The position numbers were made by a program, and so were the translations under genes. Of a stretch of DNA of 64,000 nt, positions 8,701 to 18,449 are shown piece after piece. The notes beneath the pieces were generated by a model. That model was given only the letters and a program-made list of their open reading frames with translations. It was not told the DNA's origin and did not search any database. Source of the stretch: Andalucia godoyi And28 (lineage: Eukaryota > Protista > Jakobida). Every line of letters starts with the position of its first letter. Position 1 is the stretch's first letter. The stretch lies in the NCBI GenBank assembly GCA_009859145.1, contig VRVR01000055.1, forward strand, positions 84,062 to 148,061, read 5' to 3'.

Positions 8701-10108
8701 GTGTCCCGAAAATGCGGATTGTTCCCTGACGTTTGACAGGGACTCACAGTTCCTGGATATGGAGAAGGCATACATGTCCAGCGGCAACATCGTTGCGCAA
8801 CCGGGCTTCTACGCATCGCCACCTGTGACCTACAAGGAGATGGCAAACAACCAGGCGTACCCCACTGCGATTGAGATTTGCGATCAGGCAGGCACTCCGT
8901 TGACCCCGTGCCAGGCCGATACCAGTCGGAGGTGCATTTCTGGGTATGAAGGCAGACTGTGCGCACGGTGCACTTCCGGTTACTTTCGTGCTGGCGATCG
9001 ATGTCACGAATGTCCGGATGATATTGTCATCTATGGAATCGTTTTGGTCATTGTCGCCATCTGCATCGTTGCGTGGGCGTTCTTCGTTGGCCCTTCATCC
9101 TCCGGTGCTGTCAAGATTCTCGTCTTCTTCTGGCAATCGTTTCTGTTCATTCGAGCTCCGATGCCCACCAATCTGTATCTGTTCACTCACAATACGTCGT
9201 CTTCGACAACGCTGAGCTTTGCGGGACCTGAGTGCGTGTTTGCAAACTGGGGATACCGTGCGCAGTACATCTTCTCCGTCGTTGCGCCCTTTGGTGCCTT
9301 GGCGATCGTGGGACTCATTTGGGTTCTTGGTCGCATATGTGGAGTGCCTCCGTCGCAACGGACTGCGTGGCTGGATCGATGCCGCCGAGCAGGCATCTTC
9401 TTGTTCTTGCTGTTGTACATGCCCGCCGTGTCTGCGGTCTTTGCACCTCTGTCATGCACAAAGGATCCTGGGAATGGAGAACGGTACATCCAGTTCAATC
9501 CAGCAGAACGCTGCTCATCCGCTCTTCAGGCGAACTCGTGGGTGCTGCTGCTGGTGTACTGCTTTGGCGTGCCCGGGTTCTTTGGCTACCGATTGTGGAA
9601 GACAAGGGTTCTGTGGTCCAGTTCTGGCAGTGACCCGCGAGCTCGTTATGTGTACGGGATACTGGTTGGATCGTTTCGGGAGGGACGTTTGTGGTGGGAA
9701 TTTGTTGTCACCATGCGCCGCATCGTTCTGGTTGCTGCGTACGTGTTGATCCCTCGATTGTCGGAGTATCTCACCCTGCTTGTGGTGCTCTTGTTTGTTT
9801 CGGCGTCGGGCGCGCAGGCAGTTGCTGTTCCGTACGGACGGAGCATTGACAACTGGGCCGAGATCGTGTCGCTCGGGCTTCTGCTGGTGAACTTGGTTTG
9901 CTCGGTCCAGTCACAGGTGCTTGGCGTATATGATGTCGATGACGCGGGTACGCTCGTCTTTGTGCTGAACATCTTGTTTTCTGCAACCCTCGTAGCGATG
10001 CTTCTTCACACGTGGCTGCGCAAGTTTCAAAGATTCCGTCAGCGAATCAGCGGCAAGTCGAACCTGGCAGCCTCCCTCTTAAACGACGAATCCGCCGAGT
10101 CTTTGTAA
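5741..10108 (+). CDS. LRR receptor-like multi-pass membrane protein, paralog 2
   Basis: The likely start is ATG 5741 (signal peptide MKQALLFTFILCLLYVLGLVFG), inside the 5588 ORF. About 17 plant-type 24-aa LRRs plus about 5 capping LRRs, a Cys-rich stalk (CVCRLGYFGKPPNCSTCP; GYEGRLCARC) and about 8-9 hydrophobic segments (KILVFFWQ; YG.L..SFR..R.WWE.V...RR). No kinase domain. Confidence 0.92.
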   Translation: MKQALLFTFILCLLYVLGLVFGQNRSAAIHSFRGRIGLLSPAIAGPVKLKVAAQLSCSLSTDAEPNACILARTVWNSSWWEGVVQLLDSATIRLVEDSVIGHVHGLLDSMATMHNVAVNDGNAVDVPNHTFPEVPMATQSTAKPRYRARSRRSTAAGYESVLPKASQRRMDTASRRTPWKDVSQKWRINNEHPLRKNRKFEVVRMDAREHVALSAPSYEPDCKVLMDLYDFTSGPQWSPFNWGSPLPSNFSTACCSLNLGGIFCEPGTGRVLEILLSSNGLVGTIPPSLGNLAQLEELWLDGNSLTGAIPSSLGNLSSLEVLVLFLNQLTGSIPESLGNLSSLVAMDLDSNSLTGEIPNSIGKLVKLTFLALFSNQLTGRIPSSLGNLKGLQSLQLAENRLTGSIPNWIGGLLNLQDLRFEANDLSGSIPDSLGNLSELQVLVLVGNRFTGPIPASLGSLSSLKTLELCPNGLTGSIPSTFSRLTALQRLQFDSCGLTGQVPDLFRSMSDLELLTLSTNNFEGKLPDSLQFLQDLRYLDVSANNFDGPIPSFIGQLGQLQTLDLHGNKFSGPIPVSIGNLSQLHYLDLHSNHFESAIPDIIGSLSQLLTLDLSSNNLVGTIPSSIGSLTLLTSLSLHANLLQGFLPDSLGNLADLQFLDLSVNNISGSFSCFSLPPNIQSLNLQNNQLFGAIPQCICNVQSLSFLYLGVNHFSAFPDCSTPSLSLLDLSSNNISFFPFDRIVEFQSLKSLDLSNNVLHGKFPLNVFLGGLRLSSLSLAYNNYEDALPIYGCSFWNGDQVMTVNGSTGLEVVDLSGNTITGIPGLYDVTTGKPCGFPGYPSLSVLSLQHVAAPSLFPGSVVNLAGSQGFFPYPSFSLLDISRIAPGLVSVDVSHNDLDAHLDYALSLPLLVALDLSHNRIARLSSLPEADKRRFSYDPTTFYAYSVQMTCLQALVDGDTQFQADPSFFDYENCVCRLGYFGKPPNCSTCPENADCSLTFDRDSQFLDMEKAYMSSGNIVAQPGFYASPPVTYKEMANNQAYPTAIEICDQAGTPLTPCQADTSRRCISGYEGRLCARCTSGYFRAGDRCHECPDDIVIYGIVLVIVAICIVAWAFFVGPSSSGAVKILVFFWQSFLFIRAPMPTNLYLFTHNTSSSTTLSFAGPECVFANWGYRAQYIFSVVAPFGALAIVGLIWVLGRICGVPPSQRTAWLDRCRRAGIFLFLLLYMPAVSAVFAPLSCTKDPGNGERYIQFNPAERCSSALQANSWVLLLVYCFGVPGFFGYRLWKTRVLWSSSGSDPRARYVYGILVGSFREGRLWWEFVVTMRRIVLVAAYVLIPRLSEYLTLLVVLLFVSASGAQAVAVPYGRSIDNWAEIVSLGLLLVNLVCSVQSQVLGVYDVDDAGTLVFVLNILFSATLVAMLLHTWLRKFQRFRQRISGKSNLAASLLNDESAESL

Positions 10109-10486
10109 ACGTGTTTACGCTTTTGAGCGATCTTCTGTTGTACCAGCGGCGAGCGTAGAGAAGCTACATTTCCGGACCTCGCGGAAGGTCAGAACAGAGG
10201 TGTGATATTTATTTGAGCTCAGTCGCCTTGGAATCCAAGTCCGGAGACGCCCAGTCATTGGCAATTTGACGTGTGTGCTTGTCAGATCCGTAATAGCGCT
10301 TTCAGCAAACTCTAAGAGAGCGTTCAAATACGGATCTCGTGAAAAACTAATCAGGCCGTGTTTTGTAACCATCGTTTCGTTGTCAATGTTCACTGAGTAT
10401 GAAAACTAAGCAACATGACCTAGAATCATGTAAAAATGCTGAAGCTGCTGCAGCACAACTTTCAACTGAGAAACCCACAATCCGCA

Positions 10487-13400
10487 TCAAAGTTCGGCAT
10501 CATCCGTCTGCAGCAATCGTTCCTGGAGGTTATCCAGCGATATCTGCCTATCTCGCTGTCGCCACCGAGCGGCAAATTGGAACAAGAGCATGCTAACAAT
10601 GGACAACGAAAACGCAACATTCAGCAGAAATACAATTGTACCGGCCCCAACAACATCTTGCACACCAAGGACTTGCGATTGAACGGAGCAGACCAGATTC
10701 ACAAGAAGCAGTCCCAGAGACGTGATCTCCACGGCGTTTTCGAGATTTCGACGATAGGGAGAGGCGACAGACTGCAAAATCGCCGCTATCACCAAAACGC
10801 CTGCGACCAGCATCGTGCGATGTTCGGACAATCGCGGAATCGTCACGTACGCGACCACGAAGAGGATACGACGAATGGTGATCACCAACTCCCACCACCT
10901 TCGGTTATCCTTGTAGGACCCAAAGAGAAGGGAATAGACGTACATCCGTCTCGTGTCTGGTTTCACATTCTTTGACAGAACGCCGCTTCGCCACACAAAG
11001 AAGGACAGAGAACCCGGAACAAGGATCGCATAGATCAAGAGAACACCCGAAGACACTGCTTGCATCAACGGTAAACACTGTTGGTCGGGATAGAACAGCA
11101 TGTACTTCTTTCCGTCCCCGGGATCCGTTGCGCAAGATAATGGAGCGAGAACGGTAGAGATTGCAGACATGAACAGAAAAACGTAAAGGAAAATGGCAGA
11201 ACGCCGACATCGGTCAATCCACAATTTCCATGCTGATCTTGGCAGTCTTCTGATAAAGATCCAGGCCATTCCAAACATCCACAGAAGACCAACAATCAGA
11301 ACAGCAAAGATGGGGGCAGTCACCGTGAACGTGTAATTCGTGTAGTAATCCCAATGTTTGAAAAAGCATTCTGGTCCAGCAACGCTCAGCATAGATGTGG
11401 TCGAAACGCTGTTGGAGAAAACATACAAGGACTGCGACATGGGGGCGCGAATGAAGAACAGAGCTTGCCAAAAGAACACAATAACTTTGACAAGGCCAGA
11501 AGACGAGGAACCAACAAAGAATGACCACAACAGTAAAGAAAGAGCGACAAGAAAAACGACAGCTGCAAAAATGATGAGACCTTCGGAACTCGGACATTCG
11601 ATGCATCTCTCACCGGCCCGAAAATTTCCAGGTGAACAGCCTGCGCATAATCTCCCCTCGTATCCTGCTTTGCATGGTCGATCTTGCGTTGCCTGGCAGG
11701 GTGTCAGATCGGTACCGGACTGTGCACAGATTTCAATGGACTTTGGATACGATTCGTTATTCATCATTTGGAGCCAGGTAACCGGAGGCGAAGCGTAGTA
11801 CCCAGGGTCGGCAAGGACGTTTCCGCTCTGCGCATACGCCAACGACATGTTTCCAAAAGGAATTTGCGCTTCATCTTGAAACGAGCATTCTGCATTGGCC
11901 ATGCATCTCTGGCAATTTGGTGGTTTGCCGTAATATCCCGATCGGCATACACAATTCTCGTAATCAAAGAAAGATGGATCGGCTTGAAAAATAAGATAAT
12001 GGTCGACAACAGATTGTAAGCAGGTCATATTCGTGCTATACGGATAGCTTGTCGACGGAACAAATGAGAACCGTTGCTGGTTGGTAATAGAAAGCATCCA
12101 TCTTCGAGCATGAGGATTGCTCCGGACGTCGAATTCCGACAACAGAGAAAGCGATAGCACGAAATCCAAATGCACAGATAGATCATTCGAGGAAACATCC
12201 AACGACACGAGACCGGGCAGGTACGGGAGGAAATCGAAAAAAGACAGTGGTGGAAAATTACAAAAAACATTCACAAGACCGTAAGGAGAATACGCAAAAC
12301 TCGGAAAGGTCGCACCAAAGGAGACGTTTTCAAGCTTCAAATCGGTCAAGGAGGGGTATCCCAATCCGACGCACATTTCACAATTCCTTGTGGAGTAGTC
12401 CACGACACCCGGCAGCCCAAGAATAACATTTCCAGAAAGATCGAGCGATTCAAGTCCTGAAATGCCATTGACAAGAACAATAGTATGGGTCTCATCAGGT
12501 ACCAAGTAATTGCAAGCGAAGATGGGAAATTCATCGACGAAGCTGTTGAAGGCAAGAGACAATGATCGAAGAGGAAGTCCGCCAAGGAAAACGTTGACAG
12601 GAAAAAGACTGCCTAGATGGTTATGACTCAAATCTAGCGAAGTCATTGACGAAAAGCTGGAAATCAGATCGAAAGGAAAGGAGGAGATTTGATTGTTCGA
12701 TAAATCCATCTGAATCACCGACGGAAGAGAACAATTCGGAAAGGATTGAAACATGTTGCTGCCCATATACACGAAAGTGAGATCACGCTGGGTGCAGAAG
12801 CAGTCCGGGATTGCTCCGGAAAGACCATTTCCTTGGAAATTCAATGAGGTAAGACTGGACCCAATCGAGTCGCATGAAATGGGTCCAGATAGTTGATTAT
12901 AGCTCAAATCCACAGACTGCAGTTTCGACAATTTCCCCAGAGAATCAGGAATCGGACCGGAGAGTTGATTGCTATGCAGATCCAAATAGAGCAAGTTCGA
13001 CAGACCACCGATTGTCGAAACAATTGGGCCGGAAAGCTGATTGGAGTTCAAATACAGTGTCTTCAATCGAGAATTCTTGTTCAGTGATGCCGGTAGTGTA
13101 CCATTCAACAAGTTGGACGATAAGTCCAAGTACTCAAGACGGGATAAATCACTCAAAGTGGACGGAAGGGGACCACTCAATTGATTGGATGACAAATCCA
13201 GATGCACAAGAGCAGAAAGCGAGCCCAAGGAAGAAGGAACTGAACCAGACAACTGGTTGGAATACAATTGCAATTCTTCAAGCAGCCTCAGATTTCCCAG
13301 TGATTCCGGAATAGTTCCGTTCAACAGATTAGAAGAGAGATCCATTGCAAGAAGCTGTGAAAGCATACCGAGTGATTCTGGTATGTCTCCAATAAGACGA

Positions 13401-15109
13401 TTCGAAGAAAGATACAGAGAAACCAATTGCGACAATAGGCGCAGGGAATTCGGAATTGATCCAGTTAATTGGTTTGCAGAAAGATCCAGTGTGTGAAGCT
13501 GTGATAAATTTCCAAGAGATTCGGGAATCTCGTCACTGAATTGATTCGACGACAGCGATAACAGCGTAAGTTGGCGTAAGCAACCAAGGGAATCCTGTAT
13601 CCGTCCACAGAGTTGATTGGAAGACAGGTCTACAAGCGTGAGTTTGAGCAAATTACCAAGCGATGAAGGAAGCTGTCCAGTCAGTTGATTCCGATGCAGA
13701 TACAGTTCTGTGAGATTCAACAAATTTCCGAGAGAGTGTGGAATCTCACCAGTCATATGATTGTCATACAGAGCAAGTATCTCAAGATGTGTTAGATTGC
13801 CTAATGATGCTGGAATTGGTCCAGTGAGATGATTGGCAAAGGCAATCAAAACACGAAGCTTGGAAAGCATTCCAAACGTCTCAGGAATGGATCCGGAAAA
13901 TTGATTAACGTATAATTCCAACACTTCGAGTTTGGACAAGCGACCCAGAGACGCTGGGATCTGACCAGTAAGTTGATTCCTTTGGAGCGAAAGTTCAACA
14001 AGCAAAGTTAAGTTGCTGATTGACGCGGGAATCTCTCCTGAAAGTTCATTTGAAGAAAGATCCAGCTGCAAAAGACGTGAAAGGTTACCCAGAGATGCTG
14101 GAACTGATCCACTGAACTGATTATCATGCAATAGCAGACTCGTGAGCTGCACCAGATTTCCGAGTGACACGGGAATCGATCCGTTCAAAAGGTTTGAATT
14201 CAACTCCAACTCTGACAAGTGGGACAGTTTTCCTAGAAAAACCGGAATAGGACCAGTAAAATTATTGAATGACAACACCAGCTTTCGAAGCTTCGACAAC
14301 AGTCCTAACGAAACAGGGATTCCTCCATGCAAGTTGTTATTCTGCAACTGGATATCGCGAAGATCCTCCAGTTGACTCAGTGACTCTGGAAGGGACCCGT
14401 CCAGCTGATTGGCGCTTAAATCAAGGCTCGTAATCCTTCCTGAAGCACTGTCACACGTAAATCCACCAAGACCCAGCGAGCAGCAATCTTTCGAAAAGTC
14501 CGAAGGCAACGGGTCGCCCCAGAACAACGGTCGCCAAGTGCGGCCACTGGTATTCGTATACAAATCAACGAGTACAGCACAGTCTGGCGCGTGAGAGACG
14601 GCATCGAACGAACGCGCTGGAGCTGACTGTACCGACTTTGAAAGTAGTCTCACAACGTTGTTTCTCATGTCGACAGAATGGACGAAACGTTGTGAACCAA
14701 CAGATTCCGATGCTGATTTGAGATAGGAATCAAAACCACTCGTCTTTGACGATTTCACAGAATATTGGGTGTTTGAAGAAGATTTCTCGTTCAGCGGAAT
14801 GGACAAATGATCAATCAATCCGAAAACGTGACCAAAGACACTATCTTCAAACAATTCAAAGGTTGCGGAGTTCAACTGCAACTGAAAAGCAGACCACCAG
14901 GTGATATTTCGAATGGTAGAATCAAGCACCGAACCAACAGAAACCGAGGGCGACGACGCATAGACCGGCGGCCCACCAAACACTTTCGTTTTAAGCGGTT
15001 TCAAAACATCTTGAGGAAGCAGTCCGATTCTTCCCGAGTACACTGGACCACACGCAACAAATTTGAACAAAACAAAGGCAAACACAACCAAGACTGATAG
15101 ACGCAGCAT
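10487..15109 (-). CDS. LRR receptor-like multi-pass membrane protein, paralog 3
   Basis: Same architecture as 5741..10108 and convergent with it. About 22 array LRRs plus about 5 capping LRRs. Shares the blocks FQADPSFFDYENCVCR, GYEGRLC and LLLVNLVCSVQSQVLGV. Confidence 0.93.
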   Translation of the reverse strand: MLRLSVLVVFAFVLFKFVACGPVYSGRIGLLPQDVLKPLKTKVFGGPPVYASSPSVSVGSVLDSTIRNITWWSAFQLQLNSATFELFEDSVFGHVFGLIDHLSIPLNEKSSSNTQYSVKSSKTSGFDSYLKSASESVGSQRFVHSVDMRNNVVRLLSKSVQSAPARSFDAVSHAPDCAVLVDLYTNTSGRTWRPLFWGDPLPSDFSKDCCSLGLGGFTCDSASGRITSLDLSANQLDGSLPESLSQLEDLRDIQLQNNNLHGGIPVSLGLLSKLRKLVLSFNNFTGPIPVFLGKLSHLSELELNSNLLNGSIPVSLGNLVQLTSLLLHDNQFSGSVPASLGNLSRLLQLDLSSNELSGEIPASISNLTLLVELSLQRNQLTGQIPASLGRLSKLEVLELYVNQFSGSIPETFGMLSKLRVLIAFANHLTGPIPASLGNLTHLEILALYDNHMTGEIPHSLGNLLNLTELYLHRNQLTGQLPSSLGNLLKLTLVDLSSNQLCGRIQDSLGCLRQLTLLSLSSNQFSDEIPESLGNLSQLHTLDLSANQLTGSIPNSLRLLSQLVSLYLSSNRLIGDIPESLGMLSQLLAMDLSSNLLNGTIPESLGNLRLLEELQLYSNQLSGSVPSSLGSLSALVHLDLSSNQLSGPLPSTLSDLSRLEYLDLSSNLLNGTLPASLNKNSRLKTLYLNSNQLSGPIVSTIGGLSNLLYLDLHSNQLSGPIPDSLGKLSKLQSVDLSYNQLSGPISCDSIGSSLTSLNFQGNGLSGAIPDCFCTQRDLTFVYMGSNMFQSFPNCSLPSVIQMDLSNNQISSFPFDLISSFSSMTSLDLSHNHLGSLFPVNVFLGGLPLRSLSLAFNSFVDEFPIFACNYLVPDETHTIVLVNGISGLESLDLSGNVILGLPGVVDYSTRNCEMCVGLGYPSLTDLKLENVSFGATFPSFAYSPYGLVNVFCNFPPLSFFDFLPYLPGLVSLDVSSNDLSVHLDFVLSLSLLSEFDVRSNPHARRWMLSITNQQRFSFVPSTSYPYSTNMTCLQSVVDHYLIFQADPSFFDYENCVCRSGYYGKPPNCQRCMANAECSFQDEAQIPFGNMSLAYAQSGNVLADPGYYASPPVTWLQMMNNESYPKSIEICAQSGTDLTPCQATQDRPCKAGYEGRLCAGCSPGNFRAGERCIECPSSEGLIIFAAVVFLVALSLLLWSFFVGSSSSGLVKVIVFFWQALFFIRAPMSQSLYVFSNSVSTTSMLSVAGPECFFKHWDYYTNYTFTVTAPIFAVLIVGLLWMFGMAWIFIRRLPRSAWKLWIDRCRRSAIFLYVFLFMSAISTVLAPLSCATDPGDGKKYMLFYPDQQCLPLMQAVSSGVLLIYAILVPGSLSFFVWRSGVLSKNVKPDTRRMYVYSLLFGSYKDNRRWWELVITIRRILFVVAYVTIPRLSEHRTMLVAGVLVIAAILQSVASPYRRNLENAVEITSLGLLLVNLVCSVQSQVLGVQDVVGAGTIVFLLNVAFSLSIVSMLLFQFAARWRQRDRQISLDNLQERLLQTDDAEL

Positions 15110-15299
15110 GTTCGCTAATCGCTGTCAACACAAGAAAAGGAAACAATTTTGAAAGAATTTTGAGCAGCAAAACTGGTGGAGAAAAATGGAACGGCTGGGC
15201 ACCTGCGGAAAGGTCAGTTTGCCCAAGAGCTGAGCGAAAAACGACACCAGGATTCTGCTGATGCAGATTCGGGTTATTTGGATGGCGGAGTGTCCATCA

Positions 15300-15779
15300 T
15301 AGGGGTGTGCAATTTCCTAGCTTCCGATTGGTTGCACGAGTTAACATGGACCGAAAAATTAGTTACGGAAGTTAACTTTTCTTGAGATTTTCCGTTTTGG
15401 CAAAAGCATTTGGGTTACTTCACCGCCTCACTGATTATGACGTGGCACGACAGCGCTGCTTCACGAATATCGAATTTACTCTTCTTAAGGTTCCGAATAC
15501 CTAAAATCCACTTTCACATACACATCTTGGATGTCATTGAAAACCGGTTCATCCCAGCGGACTTTCAGACCCCAATTCACACAAGCCTCTTTCGTACGCG
15601 GATGTTCAACTTCCACGATTTCGATATTGTCCTTCCCAAAAATCTGCGCTTCTGCTAGATCTGCACCAAGAGAAGTTCGAAGATCGTTCAGAACCAGTCC
15701 TGACAGAGAATTGATTAGAGAAGTTAACTTCACCGAAAATTGACCAGGTTAACTGTAGTTGACAAATTGCACACCCCTA
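15300..15779 (-). mobile_element. Internally deleted (non-autonomous) hAT element, 480 bp
   Basis: Perfect 16-bp TIR TAGGGGTGTGCAATTT at both ends with subterminal GTTAAC repeats. The minus strand retains S-L-S-G-L-V-L-N-D-L-R-T-S-L-G-A-D-L-A-E-A-Q-I-F-G-K-D-N, which resembles the end of the hAT dimerisation domain. No 8-bp TSD was found. Confidence 0.75.
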
Positions 15780-18323
15780 TCGTAAAGGCACCTATTCTTG
15801 CCAGTTTTTTCGCACTTGTCATGCCGGGTCATTGTCGGGTCATTCCAATTGGAAACCACCCAATTTTTAGTGCAAATTCGTGTTCTCCGCAGTCAAATGC
15901 ATGTGTTTCGTTTTCAAAAAGGTTCTTCTGATAATGCTCACTACACTGTTATTAGTGCCGCAAAATGGCCAAAATTTAATTAAGCGGCGGGTATTCTTGC
16001 CGGGTTTTCCGATAAAAATGTTTTGGCGTGCTTTCTTCTTTCTTCCTTTCTTTTTTCACCAAAATCAATCAGAATGGTCAAAACACGATCCCGCATCGAA
16101 AGAACCGCAAATTCGGATGCGCAGCTCACGAAGGACGTCCTCGCGCATATCATCAATGGCGCTAAATACCAAGATCTGCAGTCAGCTGGACGTACCGTGC
16201 GCAAATACGTGGGTATCTATTACGACGTGATCATTGATGAGCTCAACGACTGCGCACGAAGTGCGTTCGCGGAAACTCCTGGTGGGCAGCTTCAAACGTT
16301 TCATCCGGTCGTGCCAACGGAAGCGGAAAGGCGGCGCTCGACGATCCCTGAAGCTCTTTACCAGTTCATCGAAATGGATCATCTCGAAGAAGTCGTTTCC
16401 TTCTTTGGGAAGGCAGGACGGCCTGCTGCGCTGTGTCCGGACGAAGAGAAGCGGCTGTATCACTACGCAGTGTACAGAGTGCAGCGGAATATGCCCCTTC
16501 TGAAGCAGGATTTCCTCCGAATGGTGTCCAAGTACCTGAGCGATACCGGAAGAACAAGAACAATCACACTAACACGGAAGAGAGAGTGTTCTTCTGGACA
16601 CGGCGTCAAATCGAAAGAATCCAGAACGATGTTGTCGAAGAACTGGCTTCCCGCATTCAATCGCCGGATGGAAAAGCAAGGGTTGACGTCGCTAGTTCTC
16701 CGCCTACCCTCAACACTCGAACGATCCCGCGAGTACGCATTCAACAAGGAGAACGTCGATGAATTCTTTGGGGATCTGGAAACGGCGTACGCACGAGCAG
16801 GAATCACAAGCCCGGCAGATGCGTGGCGAGTGATCAACATGGACGAGACCGGTGTCCAAGGGGACCAGGAGTCCAAGCTGCGTGTTCTCGCTCCCAGAGG
16901 CACAAAGCGAGTGCAGATGGCAATCAACTCGGAGAGAAACCACGTGACGATGATCAATGCGATCTCTGCCGCTGGAACAGCATTCCGACCGATGATGGTG
17001 TATTCAAACACAGGACCGTCGTTGGACTACATGCAGGAGGTGCTCCTGAAGAAGGATCCGGAACTGAAAATCTGTCGAAGCGAGAAGGGATGGATAGACT
17101 CCACTCTCTTTGTGGAATTCTTGGAGGACCTCAAATCCCAGCTGCCCGCTGAGCGTCGCGACGCAAAAATCATTCTGATCGTGGACGGACACAGCAGCCA
17201 TACGACGATGGAAGCTGTGGAGTGGTGCTGCGCAAACAACTGGGAGTTGGTCACGTTTCCTGCGCACTGCACCCACAAAATGCAGCCTCTGGACGTCGAG
17301 TGCTACAAGACTGTCAAAAACGCATTCCGTTATGAGAAACAGCGAATGGGAGAGCAAGGGATTGATGTTGGGAAGCATGTGTTGTTGCAGGATGGCTCAG
17401 TATTCCGTCTAACGAAGGGAGGCGACGTCAACACCCATTGCCTGTTGAATGCGTGGAAGAACGTCTCTCCTATGCATGTCGAGCGTGCGTTTCAGGTCAC
17501 GGGGCTGTTCCCGCTTCGGAAGAACACGTTTGAAGCAGAGTTTGCGAAAGCAGAGCAAGCTGCTCAACAGGCTGTTGAAATGCGGTTTTTGGACAGCGGA
17601 TGCACCACTGCAGGACCGCATTCATCCAACACCGCATCTGAACGCCCCGAGGATGATGATACGGATGACGATGACGACCATAACGACGACGATGATGATG
17701 ATGACGATGCAGAGGGCCGCAAAAGAGCCGCAGTAGCTGTACAGAAACAGAGGCAGCGGCGCAACCGTCAACGAGGAGTCTTGTCAGCGAGCGCAGGCAA
17801 GGCATTGAAAAAGCCTCGAGGAAAGACGACAAGCTTCTGCCTGACTGCTCAGGAAGCAGTTGCTTTCATGCGAAACAAAGTTGCAGACGAGAATCAACGC
17901 AGAACCGAGAAGGAGGCGAAAGCACAGAAACGCCAACAGTCAGCAACGCGAAACTCGAGCGTTTCGACTGTTTCTCGTCCGCCAAACGCCATCCATATCC
18001 GTTCCTACAATGGCGGTGAGGGCAGCAGCACCTCGCCCTATGTTCCCGCTTCACAACAGCCAGCTGCAGAGGCAGCAGGCACCGTTGGCATACAGCCCAC
18101 TGGGCTGCTGTCGTCCATCCAAGCAGCAAACCGACGATTTGCCCAAAACTAACTGTTGCCACTCTCCAGGTGAGCCATTTGAGATGTAATTATTGTTCTC
18201 CACTCGAAACTGAATCCATTTATCTCGTTAATATTTTGAAAACATGAAAAATAATGAAAAATACGTGAGAAAAAATAAAAGCGAAAAACTGGGGGGAAAT
18301 GGCAAGGTTACGTTTTTTTACAA
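15780..18323 (+). mobile_element. pogo/Fot1-like DNA transposon, copy 1
   Basis: TA at 15778-15779 and 18324-18325. Imperfect 26-bp termini TCGTAAAGGCACCTATTCTTGCCAGT vs TTGTAAAAAAACGTAACCTTGCCATT (18/26 by my count), similar to the TIRs of copy 2. Confidence 0.7.
16074..18152 (+). CDS. pogo/Fot1-like DDE_1 transposase (DD35D) with HTH-CENPB-like region and acidic tract
   Basis: NMDETG, IVDGHSSH and FPAHCTHKMQPLDV with 35 residues between D2 and D3 (counted); Asp-rich tract and basic C-terminus. The first in-frame ATG is at 16074. Confidence 0.92.
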   Translation: MVKTRSRIERTANSDAQLTKDVLAHIINGAKYQDLQSAGRTVRKYVGIYYDVIIDELNDCARSAFAETPGGQLQTFHPVVPTEAERRRSTIPEALYQFIEMDHLEEVVSFFGKAGRPAALCPDEEKRLYHYAVYRVQRNMPLLKQDFLRMVSKYLSDTGRTRTITLTRKRECSSGHGVKSKESRTMLSKNWLPAFNRRMEKQGLTSLVLRLPSTLERSREYAFNKENVDEFFGDLETAYARAGITSPADAWRVINMDETGVQGDQESKLRVLAPRGTKRVQMAINSERNHVTMINAISAAGTAFRPMMVYSNTGPSLDYMQEVLLKKDPELKICRSEKGWIDSTLFVEFLEDLKSQLPAERRDAKIILIVDGHSSHTTMEAVEWCCANNWELVTFPAHCTHKMQPLDVECYKTVKNAFRYEKQRMGEQGIDVGKHVLLQDGSVFRLTKGGDVNTHCLLNAWKNVSPMHVERAFQVTGLFPLRKNTFEAEFAKAEQAAQQAVEMRFLDSGCTTAGPHSSNTASERPEDDDTDDDDDHNDDDDDDDDAEGRKRAAVAVQKQRQRRNRQRGVLSASAGKALKKPRGKTTSFCLTAQEAVAFMRNKVADENQRRTEKEAKAQKRQQSATRNSSVSTVSRPPNAIHIRSYNGGEGSSTSPYVPASQQPAAEAAGTVGIQPTGLLSSIQAANRRFAQN

Positions 18324-18449
18324 TACAGTGTCACAGAATCTTGTGATGAATCTGTTGTTGCATGTTGATGACGGGTCGATCTGACCGGGAAAACCATTGC
18401 TTCTTTTCATTTTTGTCATGACACTTCTAATCCGGAAAAAGACCATTCC

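Noticed and set aside
10282-10337. Imperfect hairpin (agatccgta...tacggatct) between the convergent receptor genes
   Set aside because: Only a 9-bp perfect stem, compatible with chance, and there is no ncRNA or MITE signature.
1-15109. Diversity-generating retroelement driving LRR variation
   Set aside because: There is no reverse transcriptase and no template/variable repeat pair with adenine-specific differences in the window.
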